DNA of 63,996 nucleotides, counting the filler, from Basidioascus undulatus (lineage: Eukaryota): NCBI GenBank assembly GCA_000826855.1. It is 6 parts of 6 records of this genome, joined end to end, with 100 filler letters (N's around TTAATTAATTAA, not from the genome) between each part and the next. Parts side by side here need not be neighbours in the genome. Positions count along the whole stretch, not along the records: positions 57,051 to 63,996 come from JTLS01001648.1; 5 more parts are not named here. One strand, written 5' to 3'. Positions 61,646 to 63,996 of this stretch are shown piece after piece. The position numbers were made by a program, and so were the translations under genes. The notes under the pieces are model-generated. The model made no database searches, was not told where the DNA came from, and saw only the letters and a list, made by a program, of their open reading frames with translations. How positions within the stretch are numbered: position 1 is the first letter of the stretch; the number at the start of each line of letters is the position of its first letter.

Positions 61646-63897
61646 TTAGTACCCCGACACCACCAACCTTTTCTCGTCCAGCCGCTCCATCGGCACCCCC
61701 ATCCCATCCGCGCTCGGCCCGCGCGGGCTAGGCGACCGCCCCTCACGGCTCAGCCGCTGGTACTCCTGCTCCGCAAGCAGGACCTGCTCGCGGTCTGCCC
61801 GCGGAGAAGGCGTTGGGGGGATAACGGACGACGGGGTCCCCGGCCGCGACGTTAGTTGCACCGGCTGGTCTTCGATCGCGACCAGAGGCGGATTGTTCTG
61901 AGACGACGCCGACATGGTGGTCATCGTCGCAGGGTCGCCGCCCGGTCGGAAGTACGCTGTGAATTGGTAGGAATGTCAGTCTAGGCTCAGAATTGACTGG
62001 GAAAACGTCTGTTCAGATACGAACATTTTCGCCGCATCTTCGTAAAGTCTGTGTGCGCAAGACATTAGCGCAAGTATTAGTTTGAAAGGGGATGAGACGT
62101 CTTACCATACAGCCCAAACTTCTCCTCCATCTTCGCCCAATCCGGCTCCAGCGTGCTCATGTCGCGCTTCGGGTCGCGCTTTTTCGCTTTCAGCGGGTTG
62201 TCCTACCGCGCGTACTCGTCAGCCGCGAACCAGCCAGCCCGTCGTGCTTTGCGGCAACTTACCTCCAGCAGCAGCTCCTCCAGCTCGTGCGTCGCGTCAA
62301 AGTTCGCCTTCTTCGACTGCAGACATCATCCACCGGTCAGCGACGGCGGTGCTGTGAGAGCAATAGAGACGCACATCAGGAACGAACGGTGGCTGGACCT
62401 CCTTCGCCTCCACAGCGTCCCAGTCGAAATGCCTGAACCACGGGTGCGCCTTGATGTCGTCCAGACCGGTATCCGGTGCGCACCCGAGTCGTTTTCGCGG
62501 ATCCCGCTCAATCAACTTGCGCGGCCAAGAATCTCGTCAGCCTCATCGTATCACCCCGCAAGCGCATCTTGAACCGAACAACCCACCCGCCTGAGCGCGT
62601 CCTGGCACTCGGGGCTGACGATGTCGTCCACGTTCTCGGGGAACTCAAGCGTCTCGCGCAGGATGGAGGACGTGAGCTGCGTGTTGGTCTTGCCGCGGAA
62701 TGGCCGCTTGCCGAACAGCAGCTCGTACGCGACCACGCCGAGGGACCACCAGTCGACCGAGGTGTAGTAGCCTTTCTTATGCAGGACCTCCGGGGCTACC
62801 GCCGAGAGGCAATGGTGTCAGGTCGCAGTAAAGGGAGGGGGTGGAATGGGACACGAGAATGAATGGAAGACGAACCCATGTACGCCATCGAGCCCGCAAC
62901 ACCCGTCAAGGCCCGCCGGCCGAGGAAGCACGCGATGTTGAAGTCGGTCAGGTGTGCGTGCCCTCGCTCGTCCAGGAGGATGTTGTCCGGCTTGAGGTCG
63001 CTGTATCACCGAATTGGCCATCTCATCAATGACATGGACCCCGAAGCCCCTGAACGGCCCCGCAAAATGTGAAACGTACCGATGGACTATTCGTCGTGAA
63101 TGGAGGTAGTCGAGCGCGAGCGCGATCTCGGCGACATACAACCGGACCGTTTCCTCCTTCATCAAACCCGTCCGGTCGAGGTGAAAGCGCAGGTCGCCGC
63201 CAAGCATCCTGCGCCCCCAAGCCAAACCCGCATCGTCTCAGCGACCTACTCCCACGGCCCTCCTTAGAATGAAGCAAGAACGCACAGGTCGAGCACCATG
63301 AACAAGTTCTCGTCGTCCTGGAACGCATAGCGCAGGTTGACGACGAACGGGTGGTCGATCTCCTCAAGAAGCCGGCGCTCCTGAATGATGTTATCCACCG
63401 CTCGCATCTTTACGCATTTCTGCCTGTGTCGCCCGACCTGCCAGATCAGCTTGAGACCTACACGCGCTGCGCTGCGGAGAGTAGGGGGGAGACGCGCTTG
63501 TTGATGTATTTGAGAGCATAGAGGGACTTTGTCTGCTTGTGCTGGACGACGCGGACCTGGGAGAGGGACGTGCGATAGGTGTAAGCCCGCCAGGTTGCTT
63601 CCGGGTCTGCTCTCCATTGTGACTGGTAGACTTACCTTCCCGAAGGCGCCCTTCCCTACTGATCGCAACAAGTGGAAATGCCAAAGATCGACCGGGCCTA
63701 CAGAGCCATGGCACGGGACACCCACCGGTCAGCCATCGCTCCCGCCTGCTTCCCGAGCCTGCGAACCATCTCCAGCGCGCGCTCACCATCAAAGTCGATG
63801 TCCTGCTTCCGTCCTTGAGGTCAGCATCCACCCCAGCGTATCCAGAAGCCCACCAGCGCGCCGAACGCACCGGCTGCTTGCAGCACACGGCGCCCAT
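61646..63897 (-). CDS. AGC-group YANK/STK32-family Ser/Thr kinase
   Basis: MGAVCC; HFHLLRSVGKGAFGK|VRVVQHK; NIIQERRLLEEIDHPFVVNLRYAFQDDEN; MLGGDLRFHL; HR|DLKPDNILLDERGHAHLTDFNIA; NFDATHELEELLLE|DNPL. The DFN motif and ELEELLLEDNPL are YANK-diagnostic. Confidence 0.95.
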
Positions 63898-63996
63898 AGT
63901 CGGCGTCGGGCTCGGCGAGAAGGGGAAGGAGCAGCGGGCGGGGCGGGATGGAGGGGGGGTGGGAGAAGATGGTTGAGAGGAGGGTGTATGTCGGGC

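Overview
Eukaryotic, intron-rich, GC-rich fungal DNA, most consistent with a basidiomycete (short GT..AG introns with CTRAC branch points). It is a scaffold of six contigs joined by five identical 100-nt artificial spacers (44 N + TTAATTAATTAA + 44 N). Apparently intact or partial genes: Rsc7/Swp82-family chromatin remodeller (partial), a secreted yA/TilA-type multicopper oxidase, a RAD51 paralog (cut by a gap), a CFAP20/BUG22 homolog, Sec3 (C-terminal half only), an SR-type RRM splicing factor head-to-head with NDUFA6, STE14/ICMT, a candidate AVEN/RIPR-like gene head-to-head with CAF1/POP2, tRNA-Cys(GCA), a PX/Nexin_C sorting nexin, a CS-domain protein, a 558-aa secreted Glu/Lys/Tyr/Pro repeat protein and a YANK/STK32 AGC kinase. 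Between them lie decayed tracts: F-box-like, SDR, GST-TauD, kinase and Soa1-like MFS pseudogenes, CpG-depleted Copia and tyrosine-recombinase element relics, and an inverted pair of coiled-coil paralogs. Best leads: (1) the AVEN/RIPR-like gene sharing a promoter with the CAF1 deadenylase; (2) the extensin-like tyrosine-rich secreted polyampholyte; (3) a spliced GST-TauD fusion; (4) an exact Ustilago-type pheromone response element upstream of STE14. All family calls come from motif recognition by eye; no database searches were run.
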